A stretch of DNA of 60,000 bases from the NCBI GenBank assembly GCA_051294905.1, contig CM119371.1, positions 25,918,001-25,978,000 of the forward strand, written 5' to 3'. This document shows positions 1 through 11,812 of the stretch, piece after piece. Each line of letters starts with the position of its first letter. The first letter of the stretch is position 1. This DNA is from Botryllus schlosseri. Its lineage: Eukaryota. The translations under genes and the position numbers were made by a program. Under the pieces are notes generated by a model that saw only the letters and a program-made list of their open reading frames with translations, did no database searches and had not been told where the DNA came from.

Positions 1-322
1 TACTAACGTAGTAGAGCATTTATTCGTATACGTGGGCGATACCGCGCCTCCTTGCGTGTATATTTAACTCTATATTCGTTCATCGGTTCAGAATCAATGA
101 CCACTCAATCTGTATTTCAGACATCTAGCAAAATGCAATGACGTAATCATGCCTCATGCTGCGAGAAGGCAAGTGGACTTGAATTTTGACTTGACTCGTG
201 ACTTGACTTGACTCGACTTGACTCGAGTCACCTTCGTAAATCGATTGACTTGACTCGAGTCAAAATGTGCAATGACTCGAAATGACTCGTGACTCGAAGG
301 TAGTGATTTGATCCCAACACTG
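1..322 (-). mobile_element. Partial GACTCGAGTC-rich MITE (CAGTGTTGGGA-terminus family), inverted relative to 17895-18641
   Basis: Reverse complement aligns with 17895-18215; ends in gatcccaacactg. Confidence 0.7.
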
Positions 323-819
323 GTATTGACTCGACTTGTATTCAAGTCACATGACTCGATACTGTGACATCGAATAACAGTAAGCTACCACACTATTGCT
401 ATTTCGTCTATCGGTAGGCTACCTGCATTTGTATAATTCGGGTCAGAAACTGCGTAAAGTGAGGAAACCGACTACGGAATATCATGAATGCGAGGCGTTC
501 AACATCACCCAGACATAGTCATAAAATCCTGAGCTTAGCAAGATTGAACGCGAAAGTGACTTGGTGTCGGACTCGGCTGATTTTTATCGACACCATTTTC
601 CGGATGACTTGAAATTGATTCGTGTATTTTGCTCCGAGTCCCGAGTCAATCCGCATTTTCGATACGCCGAGTCAAGTCAACCTCTTTTCGCGAAGGGACT
701 CGAGTCATCCCAAGCCTGTCTTCTAGCGACCAATTCACTAGTAACCATCACCGTGAGATACTGGAGCTGTAGTGCATTGCCACAATTGCAAACAATTATT
801 GACTCGCGAATAACGGGAC

Positions 820-1437
820 GTGGGTTGTAATCAAGTCACACGGTTCAGAGTCAAAAGTAAATCTCATTTTTATAGGTTTTACGCGAGTCAAGTCGAGTGA
901 TTTTCAATTCACCACCGAGCCAAGTCCGAGTCCAAGTCATTTTGTTCACTGTCCAGTTTTGAGTTCAATCAGGTTAATCCCACTTGTTACAAATCTTCTC
1001 GAGTGACATAGAACGGCTCGCATTCATAATATCGTAATTATCCTCATTCCTCATTTCTGGCCCTATTTTCCTAGTATCAGGAATGAGTATTGCTTTCACA
1101 ATTACGTTCATTGCAGTAAAGAATTTATCAAGTCAAAGACTCTTCGTGTGCCCCTTATCGAGAGTTAACGGCACAATAACAAGCATACAGAACGATATTC
1201 AAACGAAAAACCAAATTGGCAAAGTATTACTCTCGATAAGGGGCACACGAAAAGTCTTTGAGTTAATAAATACTTTACTGCAATGAATGTAGTGGTGAAA
1301 GTGATAGTACCGCCAACCATATTTTCAAGTATCAGATCTGACAGACGAAATCCCAATAACGTGGTTGCTTTACTATTCTTCAAAGTTACAATGAGATATC
1401 GGTCTTGGCCGTCCTAGTCTCGAGTCAATACACAACC
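820..1437 (+). mobile_element. GACTCGAGTC-rich MITE (CAGGGTTGTA family) interrupted by a Penelope-type inverted pLTR pair
   Basis: Start gggttgtaatcaagtcac and body match the full copy at 3094-3580. Confidence 0.7.
1088..1305. mobile_element. Inverted pair of Penelope-like pseudo-LTRs (family 2) with degenerate hammerhead motifs
   Basis: About 80-bp inverted repeats similar to the ends of 23902-26488; actc-TCGATAA-..-CGAAA-agtct-TT-gagt at 1229-1263. Confidence 0.55.
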
Positions 1438-1530
1438 ATGACGAGACGTGAAAGAACGTACCAAAGCGGCATGCTCAAAATTACAAGTATTATTCTGTTA
1501 TCTTCGAATAGTATATTCATGTTGAAATGA

Positions 1531-1564
1531 ACCCGAATATTTTCGGCTGACACTCGTCAGGGGT
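1531..1564 (-). ncRNA. Minimal type I hammerhead ribozyme motif (Penelope pLTR)
   Basis: Reverse complement reads accc-CTGACGA-gtgtcagcc-GAAA-atat-TC-gggt. Confidence 0.7.
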
Positions 1565-2159
1565 ATTCGTCAGCAACTAGCAGACAATCAGAAAGAACAT
1601 TGCTGATATGCTATTCAATTGCATACTGAAATTCTGTGCCTCCAAGAAGCTCTGTTATCTTTACGCATCTAACATACCGGTATCTACATTAGGGGTCTTC
1701 AAAAACAACTTTCTTTCTCAAATTGGTACTGGCCAACGCAACGCATCAAATGATGTTCAAATGATGTACAAACGATGTTCACCAAATTTGATTCAATTTC
1801 AAACAGTGGACGCGGAGTTATTGCCGTCGAAAAATTTGGATTATGAATAAAACAGTATTTACGGTGACCAATACTTTAAATATTTATTACAGTGGTGCCC
1901 ACCGTAAATACTACTTCATTGAAGTCCAAATTTTTCGACGGCAATATCTCCGCGTCCACTGTTTGGAATTGAACCAAATTTGGTGAGCATCGTTTCTATA
2001 GACAACCTGACACTTTCATGGGACGAACAGAAAACTTTCAAACTTTTTGTTATCAAATTTTATATAATAAACAGATTCTTTCTTCTCCTGTAGGAATGCG
2101 GCTGCTGGTTGGAATTGAACCAAATTTGGTGAGCGATTGTCTGCTAGTTGCTGAAGAAT

Positions 2160-2193
2160 ACCCCTGACGAGTGTCAGCCGAAAATATTCGGGT
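2160..2193 (+). ncRNA. Minimal type I hammerhead ribozyme motif (Penelope pLTR)
   Basis: accc-CTGACGA-gtgtcagcc-GAAA-atat-TC-gggt: stem I accc/gggt, palindromic stem III AATATT, predicted cleavage after C2189. Confidence 0.72.
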
Positions 2194-2642
2194 TCATTTC
2201 AATATGAATATATACTATTCAAAGATAACAGAATAATACTTTTAATTTTGAGCCTGCCGCTTTGGTACATTCTTTCATGTGTCGTGATGGTTGTAACTTG
2301 TGATGACTCGAGTCATTTTTTCAAATCCGGTAAATAACTCGACTCGAGCCATTGCGCGTGACTTGAACCAAGTCGTATGACTCGAGACTAGGACGACCAA
2401 GGCCGACATTTCATTGTAACTTTCTAAGAATAGTAAAGTCAACACGTTATTGGGATTCCGTCTTTCATTCCTGATATTTGGAAAACAGGGCCAGAAACTG
2501 TTAGGACTGAGTAAATTACGATAATATGAATGCGACCCATGAATGCGGTGTGTAGGCTTAAATTACGTAACCTAACGATTTTATCAAGTAGCCAGTACGA
2601 TTTGAGAAAAAAGTCATTTTTGTAGAGCATTAACATACATAC

Positions 2643-2999
2643 CTCTTTTCTTTCAGGGCTCTTAGCCAGACTTCGTAATTGACAGTGGAAGTCGCCACAC
2701 AGAACCAATTGCCATAAAACTGCTTATGGCTATCGGCCGTCCTGGCCTTCCCGCATTTACTGCATCGGGACAGCCTTGTTCTTGGTTTGTATTTCGTCCT
2801 GCACGATTGCGTGCTGGAAGGCAGCGATCGTTCAGGAGATTCCGATGCGGACCGTGCTCTAGCTGTGCCGCTCAGCAAAATCTGGACGAACTCCTCGTCC
2901 AATTCAGGTGGCTGCGTTGCCGGGGTGTCTTCGGGGGGCGCCATGGATTCGTTCGGTGTTGACGAGACATCTCTATCGATTCCATTCTGTGTCGTGCAA
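2643..2999 (-). CDS. Unit A zinc-finger exon (357 nt, phase 2-2): Pro/Thr-rich linker plus Cx2Cx8Hx8C finger
   Basis: Acceptor ttttcag at 3002-3000; donor GTATGT at 2642; open frame ...CSKCGKARTADSHKQFYGNWFC...; paralogous to 23521-23883 and 53586-53963. Confidence 0.8.
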
Positions 3000-3093
3000 C
3001 TGAAAATGTGACTAGGATAGAAGTCTTGGAAGAGCGGTTCCTAACCTTTTTTCTTGCGTCGTCCCCTTTCGAAACTTGCCTGGGTCTAGCGCC

Positions 3094-3580
3094 CAGGGTT
3101 GTACCCAAGTCACAAGGCTCCGAGCCACAAGTCAATCTCACTTTTATAGTTTTGACTCGAGTCGAGTCATTTTCAATTCGCCGCCGAGTCAAGTCCGAGT
3201 CCAAGTCAGCAAGCAGAGGGTCGAGTCCCGAGTATTATGACTCAAGTCCGAGTCCAAGTCATTGTGTCGACTGCTCAGTTTCCAGTTAAAGTCTTGTTAA
3301 GCCCACTTTTTATAGCTCTGTTTGGTGATATCGTATGGTTCGCATTTATAATATACTAATTTTCCTCACTTTTACCAGAATTTCTTGTGTCATATTCAAG
3401 GACCAGTACCAATAGACGACATCCCAATAGGGTGGTTACTTATCTACTCATCGAAATTATAATTAAAAGTCGGTCTTTGCCGTCTTAGTCTCGAGTCATA
3501 TGACTTGGTTCGAGTCATGTGCAATGACTCGTGTCCAAGTCGAGTCAATACACAGATTGACTCGAGTCATTACAACCCTG
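3094..3580 (+). mobile_element. hAT-type GACTCGAGTC-rich MITE, complete
   Basis: TIRs cagggttgta / tacaaccctg; 8-bp TSD ctagcgcc / ctagtgcc. Confidence 0.85.
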
Positions 3581-5409
3581 CTAGTGCCCCCCATATATTA
3601 AAGACGGTATCAAAACAAGGGGAAAGAGTTCGAAGTCCGGTCGGTCTTTTCAGGTTGAGACTTCACGATCTGAAATAGCTTGAATCGTGCCCGAGACCGG
3701 CACTCGACTAATAGCACTATGATTATTATATGCGCTGTACTCGGCATCAAATCAAAGTTGTTATAACAACCATCGGGTACGGGCTCCTACCATTTGGTCG
3801 AATAACTCTAACATGAAGGTATTCCAAACAAAGCAGCCCGTATTATATAACGTTCACGTTAGGTTGCGAGTCACAACGCCAAACAGTATTATCTTTTATT
3901 ATGAAGAAATATTCTGAAGATCTAGCTGTCTTATACAAATATATTTAGTTAATAATTTTGACCAAACAGCTTCAGAGCATCTTTAACTCCCACTCTTAAA
4001 AGTGGTGGTGTCTCTTTCTTCGATTCGACGCGCTGTTCGCCGCGGGATAAAATACTTAGTTCGAAACATTCCGTGGAAAATAACCCGAGGTAGCGTGATG
4101 GTTGTGTTTTAAAGAGGAATTGGCGATCTGAAAGTACGCGCAATCCATTCTACATTAATTATAATAAACAACTGCATGCATGGTGACAAGTTGCAAACAT
4201 TGTCCGTAGCGTGACGAAAAATTTCGAGATTTGACAGATTTTGTCGAACGGTAATTGGCAATGAGGACTCAGGGATATAGAGAACTATTATTCTACTACA
4301 TAATCCTATGTCCCCACTGCACCCGCTACTGCAACGCCATTTTTCTTCAGCGCCCCCAATAACGTCCCCTGAGCGTTTCCGCCCCCTTCAAACTCCAAAT
4401 CGCCCCTTGGAAGGCGCTGGAGACAAGGTTAAGGAACACTGTCTCAGAACGTCCAGGGAGATATATTTAATGACCACGGCCAAATAATGCACGTGAAGAC
4501 GACTTATTCTGCATATGACGCGAAAGTTGACTAAAAAAAGGCCAATTCAACGGAATGTAGACAAGACGCGGAAACCTGTTTCCCGAGCACGACCGTATTT
4601 TTTAGGACAATTCACCAGCGATCAGAGTCAGGTTAATAAATTTCCTGTTGATATATCCTCTATTTCGCATCCGTAAATATGGGGGCGGCTAAAAATTGTG
4701 TCGAGATTGATGAGGGGGCGATGAGTCGAAAAAGGTTGGGAGCCGCTGCTCTAGGCTATTCTAGTTGTCTAATTATTCCAATTGGAGCGAAATGCCGGTA
4801 ATGTAATTCTAATCTAATTTGTGAAACATTTCCTAGCTCTCATTTTAATACTTATATTATTTCCGGTTTTCCTGAAAATGCTACAGAACTGTTTAGTACG
4901 AGCGAGCCAAGCATGCTATACATATATTCGCCATTCTGATTTGACACTAGGCGAACTTGATTCAATTTCAAAGTTTTCACAAATCCAGTAACTTATTCCT
5001 ATTGTAATTTTGAAGAAAATGCGCAACTACAATTCTGATGCAAATCTGATTTAAAAAAACTGCAGCTATGATTGTAATCCTATTCAAATTTGGAAAAAAA
5101 AGGCTGAGCCGTAATTGCGAGTCTAGTCTAATTTGGAAAAGCTGGAAATATTGTAGTTCATGTTTTTAGAATACTTCCGCTCCGTCATAAACATACTTTA
5201 GGCAAAACCGCTTGTTACAGTTTTGATTTTGAACCAAACTACTACTTCTACTTTTTGCAGTAATCGATTAGGCTCTGCCTGATCCCACAATTTTCACAAG
5301 CAGCAACGTAGCTCAGAACACCTCCAATTCTACACGGTTCTACACAGTTTTTAGGTTAAAGTACTTGACCGCTTGCAAGGCTTACTCGTGTGATTGCGTT
5401 GCTAGAATC

Positions 5410-5943
5410 ATGGTGTAATGCGTCGAGTCATGACTCAACTAGACTCCAACTCGAGGCGCGAATTTTTGGTGACTTGGCGCGAGTACGGTAATTTTTGTAT
5501 GGACTCGACGTATACCCGAGTCATTGTGCATGGCTCGAACCAAGTCATATGACTCGAGACTAGGATGGCCAAGACAGACATTCCATTGTAATTTCGATGA
5601 ATAGTAAAGTCACCGCATTATTGGTATATCATCTATCAGTCCTGATACTTGGAAAATAGGATCGGAAACTTTTAAGGCTGAGGAAAATTACGATATCACG
5701 AATACGAGGCATTCTGTATCCCTGGAACAGAGTTAAAAAGTGGGCAGAATTGAAAAGTGAACACTAAACATAATAGCTTGGACTCGAGTCAAAACACTAT
5801 GACTCAGACTTGATCCTCCACGACCTGACTTGGACTCAGACCTGACTCGGTGGTGAATTGAAAATGACTCGACTTGACTAGAGTCAAAACTGTAAAAGTG
5901 ATACTGATTGTTACTCGGAACCTTTCGACTTGGTTACAACCCC
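5410..5943 (-). mobile_element. GACTCGAGTC-rich MITE copy
   Basis: Reverse-complement similarity to 3094-3580; ends gacttggttacaaccc. Confidence 0.7.
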
Positions 5944-6453
5944 AATTAGAATACCTCCACTACAACGCGAACAGGTCATAGACCAAAACTACTCAACGAT
6001 TCACAGTTTTTACTTTGAAACAAAGTACTTTTACTTTTTCTGAGCAGTCGGGTAGGTTATACAAAATAACTCTTCAACTTCAGTGGTTATGTTTTATGGT
6101 ACTTTCACTTCTACACGAGCAGTGTTTGTTTAGGCAAAACTATTCACTTTGATTTTGAAATGGCGAAGGTATAGTTTTCTGATGTATGTGTCACTTTGAC
6201 ATATGCAAAATTATAACAGCAAGAAACCCTGTATTAGCCCCAGTATCACGGCAACTGAATATATTTTCAAATATTCTACCTAGTTGTAGCGCGTGTTGTC
6301 CTAGAGATTCTGTGCTTGCCGCAAAGAGAAATCTTCCATCTCCGACTCACTGCTAAATACTCACGAAGATGTGTATACAAAATCATTACAATACGTGGGC
6401 CTATGACCTGCAGAAAAGAATATGCAACTTACTATTTAGTAACCACAGCTTAC

Positions 6454-6584
6454 TTTTGTACCTCTCCTTCACTAAACGATACACTACAATCTCTGAGAGT
6501 GATCAGAGAATCAGCCAACATGGAAGCCTTTACATTTCCAGGAAGGTTATCTGGTCGGACTGAACCTTGAACAGAGTGCCAATA
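6454..6584 (-). CDS. Unit A exon homologous to the last ~40 codons of the big transposase-like exon
   Basis: Translates YWHSVQGSVRPDNLPGNVKASMLADSLITLRDCSVSFSEGEVQ, matching the B and C exon-1 tails; conserved donor AA|GTAAG at 6453; candidate acceptor tttctag at 6587-6585. Confidence 0.6.
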
Positions 6585-6727
6585 CTAGAAACTGAGTGAC
6601 TGAGCGCGCTTCACTGTGCAAAATCTGTCGAATTAGTCCAGATACGCAACAGTAATAGAGCGTATAAGAGCATTGATTCTCGAAACGTTTCATAGCACGA
6701 GTCAAATTATAATTTTGTAGGACTCAC

Positions 6728-6730
6728 CAT
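6728..6730 (-). CDS. Putative ATG-only coding part of a first exon of unit A
   Basis: ATG followed directly by consensus donor GTGAGT (6727-6722); a 143-nt phase-0 intron joins it in frame to 6584. Confidence 0.4.
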
Positions 6731-7745
6731 CACACATCGAAACTCGAACGAAATGCATTTTTAATCATAGTATACTGCGATTTTATGGGTTCGTACGGAA
6801 TAGAGACGGTACAGACTACCATTGGTACGTTACGCAGTCCCATGAAACATTCATTCATTCATTACAAATTAAGAAATCATCAATTCAGTGAGGTTCTCAA
6901 AGTAAGTCACGAATTTCTCATTCATACGACATACAGTGGTCTATTTTCAATGCAGGGATCCCTCCCTCCACCCCGCTACCACTGGCAAACTATAGCCTCT
7001 CATAATCCTTACAGTTATTCTGCTTTGTCTTCACACTTTACTGTCGCATAGTTTATAATCAAAGTACACATGCTCAGCTTTCACTTTTGTTTTCGTAGTA
7101 CTACGAATCAATAATAATAATAATAACAATAGCAGAATGCACCATCGCTGTAGCGAGTCTCATATTATGGCTCATATGAACACATTTTTTTATGAACCGG
7201 ACCCATTTGGATTATGCACTCCAACTAGTCCCATTCGGCTCGGTTCGGTTTATTAGCAATTTTTATCAGTTCAATACACCACAGAATTGCGATACAATCA
7301 AAAGAGATTGAGGTCGAAACGACTTAGGCGGGGGAGATAGTTACGATAAGCGCCCACCAAGCAGACGGACCGAGTTCGATTTCCGTCGGAGGTTTATCTG
7401 GGCTCCTCTTCCCCTGCCGTTGCCGCTCTACGGCAACAAAAAAGACCCGAAAAAGACCCGACGAAGAAAGCATTCACAAGGAATGGAAAGAACTAGTAGA
7501 AAGGGCCGCGGCTTCAAAAAAAAGATCAACATCGAAAAAACCGTGACATCGGGCACTCTAGGCCGAGGTGGATGTTAGAGTAAAGGATCGCTAGTGATGT
7601 GTGTCGTTCGACATCCTCCTCTCTGTTCATGATATCGCATTGTGTCTGATCGCATTGTACATTATGTGTGACTTGTTCAGATGAAAAATATAACCCAACT
7701 ATGTTATGTTATGTTATGAAATCAGATCACTCACCTTGACTAGGC

Positions 7746-9706
7746 CGGTGGTTCTCAACAGGGGGTCCGCGAAGCATTTTCCGGCGGTCCGCGAGACGTC
7801 CAAATTCGGAAATGGTTGATAACGTAATTTGTACTTTTTTAAATTAGAGAAATAACGAGACAGTTTCGCTTCATAACTGCAAAAACTTAATAACTGACAC
7901 AAACAAAATGGCCGTTTGAGAGGAAATATTATACTGTGCAAACTCATTTTAATATCCAAATTACCAAGAGAGAGAGAGAGAGTCTTTATTTTTCATCAAA
8001 CCAGAATACGTAACACTCGGCAGTGGTGGTGGTACAGAAAATATGCATGCACAGTATTCGGTATTAGATAGGAATGATCGATAAGACCGTGAGGGTCATC
8101 TAGTCTGATCACACCAGCATCAAACAGGTACACTTGACTCTAAACAGTCTGGCTGTAAAAAAAGTTACAGTAGTTAAAAAATAAAATAGAAGAAAAATTA
8201 AACGATGGTAGCAAATGATCAATGAAGCAATGTCTGGGCGAGGTAGGGCAACAGTGTTAGTGTAACGATAAGAGGTGATCAAGTAGGGCTTTTTTGAATC
8301 TATCATAAGGCAATTCACGGATATGTGGTGGTAATGCATTCCAAATGATAGGTCCCGAGTAGTCGATAGATCTCTTAGTTAGGTTGCTATTGGGTGGGGG
8401 TAAGTAGATATTTCCCTTTGACGAGGATCTCGTGTAGTGGGAATGGACATTTTTAGCAGGTATGAAAAAGTCATCAAACACAGGAGGCAGACTATTGGAA
8501 AAATATTTGTGAACAACTTTTGATACTTCGAAGCGATATAGCTTATCAACTCGCAAAATTCGATGCTTACGGTAGTAAGGCGATAAATTGGTACGTAAAG
8601 GTACAGATGAGATCAGCCGTATCGCACGGTTTTGCAGGGTTCGAATTCTGCACAGAAATGTTTTGCATGCACTTCCCCATACTACGATTCCATATTGCAG
8701 GTGAGAGTGGAAAAGAGAAAAATATATGGTTCGTAGTATTGATCTGGAAACCAAAGATTGCAGACGGGTCATTATTCCCACACACCGAGCTAGTTTTGAT
8801 ATTGTGCATTCAATATGCTGCTTCCAAGACATTTTAGCATCAATAGTGACACCGAGATATTTTGCTGAGTCACATATGGAGATTTGTTTATGATTGATGT
8901 TCACAGTGAAACTATGATTGGCATTATTTAAAAGGAGCAATAGCCTACAGATACATATAAACAGATTGCTGTTTAGAGAATTTTGTTGGAGTTTTGGGAA
9001 AAATCGTTTGCAGAAATCCATTTTATCTTGTGATATGCATAACCGCTATTTTAGAATATAGCTGCTGGATAGAAATTTAAGGACTGCTGGACGCTTATTT
9101 TCAGTAAAAAATCGGTATCTCAAATTTCCATGTCATGTAACTGGCGATCATACCCAAAGGTGTCGTCGGAAGCGTTGCGCGTTATTTTTACATTCGTCAC
9201 CACCAATTTTTGTGAAAATGGTTTTTCGGCAATCGTTCATAACAAATCGGCGGCGCGGATCTTCAAGACACACCGCGTATTTCAAAAAACCTTAGCTACT
9301 ATATTCGCTTTGAAATAATAAAAGTCTTCCCAATTTATACATAAATAGTAGGATATGATGTTAGTTTTAAGGATGAGCATTCCGTTACTGTTTAGCATAC
9401 TAGCCTATACAATTGATTTTCGCACAATAAGACAGATGACGGTTGTACGATAATAGGGCCAATCAGTCAATCAGGTGTACTAATATTTTAATTGTTTCAA
9501 AACATCACAAGACTGTGATACAATGAAAAGATAGGAAGGTATCGAAACAACTTGGAGTAGCCTTTAAGATCAGACACCCATCTTAGCCTAGGGCCTTGGC
9601 GAAGTAAAGAAGAGGCATGCTAAATTTAAACTAAAACTTTGGGGTCCGTGGGCTTCCGTGACGGTCCAAAAGGGGTCCGCAAAGACAAAAAGGTTGAGAA
9701 CCACTA
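7746..9706 (+). mobile_element. Non-autonomous hAT (Charlie/Buster-like) element containing a LINE insertion
   Basis: Ends cggtggttctcaac / gttgagaaccacta; TSD gactaggc / gcctaggc; remnant YPKVSSEALRVIFTFVTTNFCENGFS (about 9148-9230) resembles the hAT C-terminal dimerisation domain. Confidence 0.7.
7967..8945 (-). mobile_element. 5'-truncated non-LTR retrotransposon (CR1/L2 group), RT C-terminal region and 3' UTR
   Basis: ORF 8257-9021 contains AKYLGVTID..SWKQHI, YFSLFHSHLQYGIVVWG and LQNRAIR; 3' end AATAAA plus (TC)n tail; related 3' end at 39695-39765. Confidence 0.88.
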
Positions 9707-9711
9707 GCCTA

Positions 9712-10080
9712 GGCGATTTCAAGACGGGGAATGCATATTGAATGAAAAGTAAAATATAGATAGTAGGCTATATAAAAGCAAGCGACAGAATGCGGTGACA
9801 TGTCACGGAAGATGAGATCGATAGGTCAGGTCGTGGTCCGGTAATTTTGAGGGAGGACTAGTATTCATTCAGGAGAAATTGCTTGTATCTCGACTTGAAT
9901 GAGCACAATGCACACGTGCTCGTCGACAGTCGGATGACCGGCGGGATACTGTTCCAGACGTCAGGTCCGGCATATTTGATGAAGCGATGACCTTTTCGGT
10001 CGATCATACGATAATTGAACAACGTGGACGCGCGTGTGTCATAGGCCTACTTGTGCGTTTTTGATTCCGAGGTATATCTT
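9712..10080 (-). mobile_element. LINE 3' fragment (same family as 38035-38760)
   Basis: Nucleotide similarity to 38040-38380. Confidence 0.65.
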
Positions 10081-11812
10081 TTCATTTGCTTTACGACTAC
10101 GCCACTTGAATGCGGTCATCATCGATGTCATTGAACGAATATCGCATTTGTCTGTCTGCTCAAGGCACACACTATAAAACGCGATAGAAAGACAAAAACG
10201 ATGTCATCAACATTAAAAATATGTCGAAACGACCAGCAATTACGGTCTCCCTGTCTGGCATCCGCAGCACCCAATCAAACTTTGATCTTGACCTTGATCT
10301 TGTGGGTGTCTTTCCTTAGGCACATTTCTTTGTTCGTTTCGTTCGATTTGTTGTATATGCCCTTTATCGGGTCATTCTCTGGGCTATTCTGACACAATTG
10401 ATAAAAAAACGAGCGACACAGAGGAGCCTACCCTGCGTGAAGGGACAAATGCGCCAAAACAATAATGCATATACTGATAAAATAGCACTTCGGCACTGGA
10501 TAGAGTAGACTTGGAGTGACTGCAGAAACGAGCGCCTGTCGCGACCTTAGCAGAATTACCCTTTCTACCAAATATACCCATAATGGTTTGACATGCGATA
10601 TTCGTGCGCTCGTTATCAGTCCGTCCGTCGTCATCAAGTTTAGTGGAATGTAGACGGTTCCCTTTCAAACTAATCGAATAAACTCAGAGTTATTGCCAAT
10701 AAGAATCTGGAGTTGCATCAATATTGGAGAACTTAATTCAACGCCGTGCACTGTACAATAAGTCAGTAACGAATTAAACTACAAGCTCACTTCAAGTGAT
10801 ATCGTGCGACAATTCAATAGTGCGAATGTATCAAGCATAGACAAGAATGAATATACACAAAATTGATGTTTACAAAATGAAAACCCTGCATGCATTCACT
10901 AATTGCCTTTTATATTCAACACCAGGAGCAGGGGGTTTTGACATCGCATTGACTAGCTCTCGTCGCGATAACTAAATGCGGACTATATTGGCGTTTTGGG
11001 CTGCTTCAACGTTCGGAAATAGTCATCGGAGCGAACAATCATGCGTTGAGATGAACTTCAATTCGTATGCATTGAGTAAACGATAAGACACTTGTCCAAT
11101 TCCACGCAACGATTAAAAATCTATCAACAAGGAACGTGCATTTGCTCATCCAATTCAGAAAGGAGACGATGTTTTCAGCGTGCGGCATGTGCGCCTCCAA
11201 ATCGAGACGTGCAGCAAGGTCATGTTTTTATTCTCTGGCGTCGCTTATATAATCGTCTAATTACTAATTAGTTGAATTGCTCATCTCACATAAGCATCAA
11301 TCCCGTTTTGTGATATGCATGTTGATCATTATTTTACGAACCACACATTTGGACATCGGTGTTGTGCTGATGACGAAATTGCGGGTATGACGAATACCCA
11401 TATAACACAGTAATTATACGGATTAAGCGCGGCATATCCAGCCTATCCAGGCTTAGCGCCTATATGTATCAACTGAACATTGCTACCGGTTAGTTAGAAA
11501 AGGTGGTGCCAACGAGGCAGCAATTCTTAATTTTTTGAGCGATTATCGTACAATTATGTGAATTCAGCCATTAGAATAGTAGTATAGCATCTTATTTAAT
11601 ACATAGCAGCCGGAGCTACCTTTCAAACAACCAGCTCCAACTCCATAGCTCCACTTGTAATATAGGTATAGAGCTCCGGCTCCGCTGAAAACTCACGGGT
11701 TCGGGGCTCCGGCTCCAAAGCCCTAGTTCTTACATCACACTACTACATCGTACATCGTACAATGTACATTGGCTTGTTAAAAATAACTTTCTTTTCCAAA
11801 TTTCACTTTCTA

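Noticed and set aside
154..345. Recurrent ORFs rich in SSQV / TRVES / DSS (also 2872-3289, 17739-18069, 20986-21444, 52153-52829, 53014-53545, 55599-55796)
   Set aside because: They are translations of GACTCGAGTC MITE repeats; frames and strands are not conserved between copies
3094..3580. GACTCGAGTC arrays as a CRISPR array
   Set aside because: No constant repeat-spacer period and no cas genes; bounded by TIRs and TSDs in a eukaryotic context
3949..4143. 64-aa ORF in the unit A intron
   Set aside because: No recognisable motif, splice support or paralogous copy
8257..9021. 254-aa ORF as a host gene
   Set aside because: It is a 5'-truncated LINE RT tail; its ATG comes from the flanking hAT element
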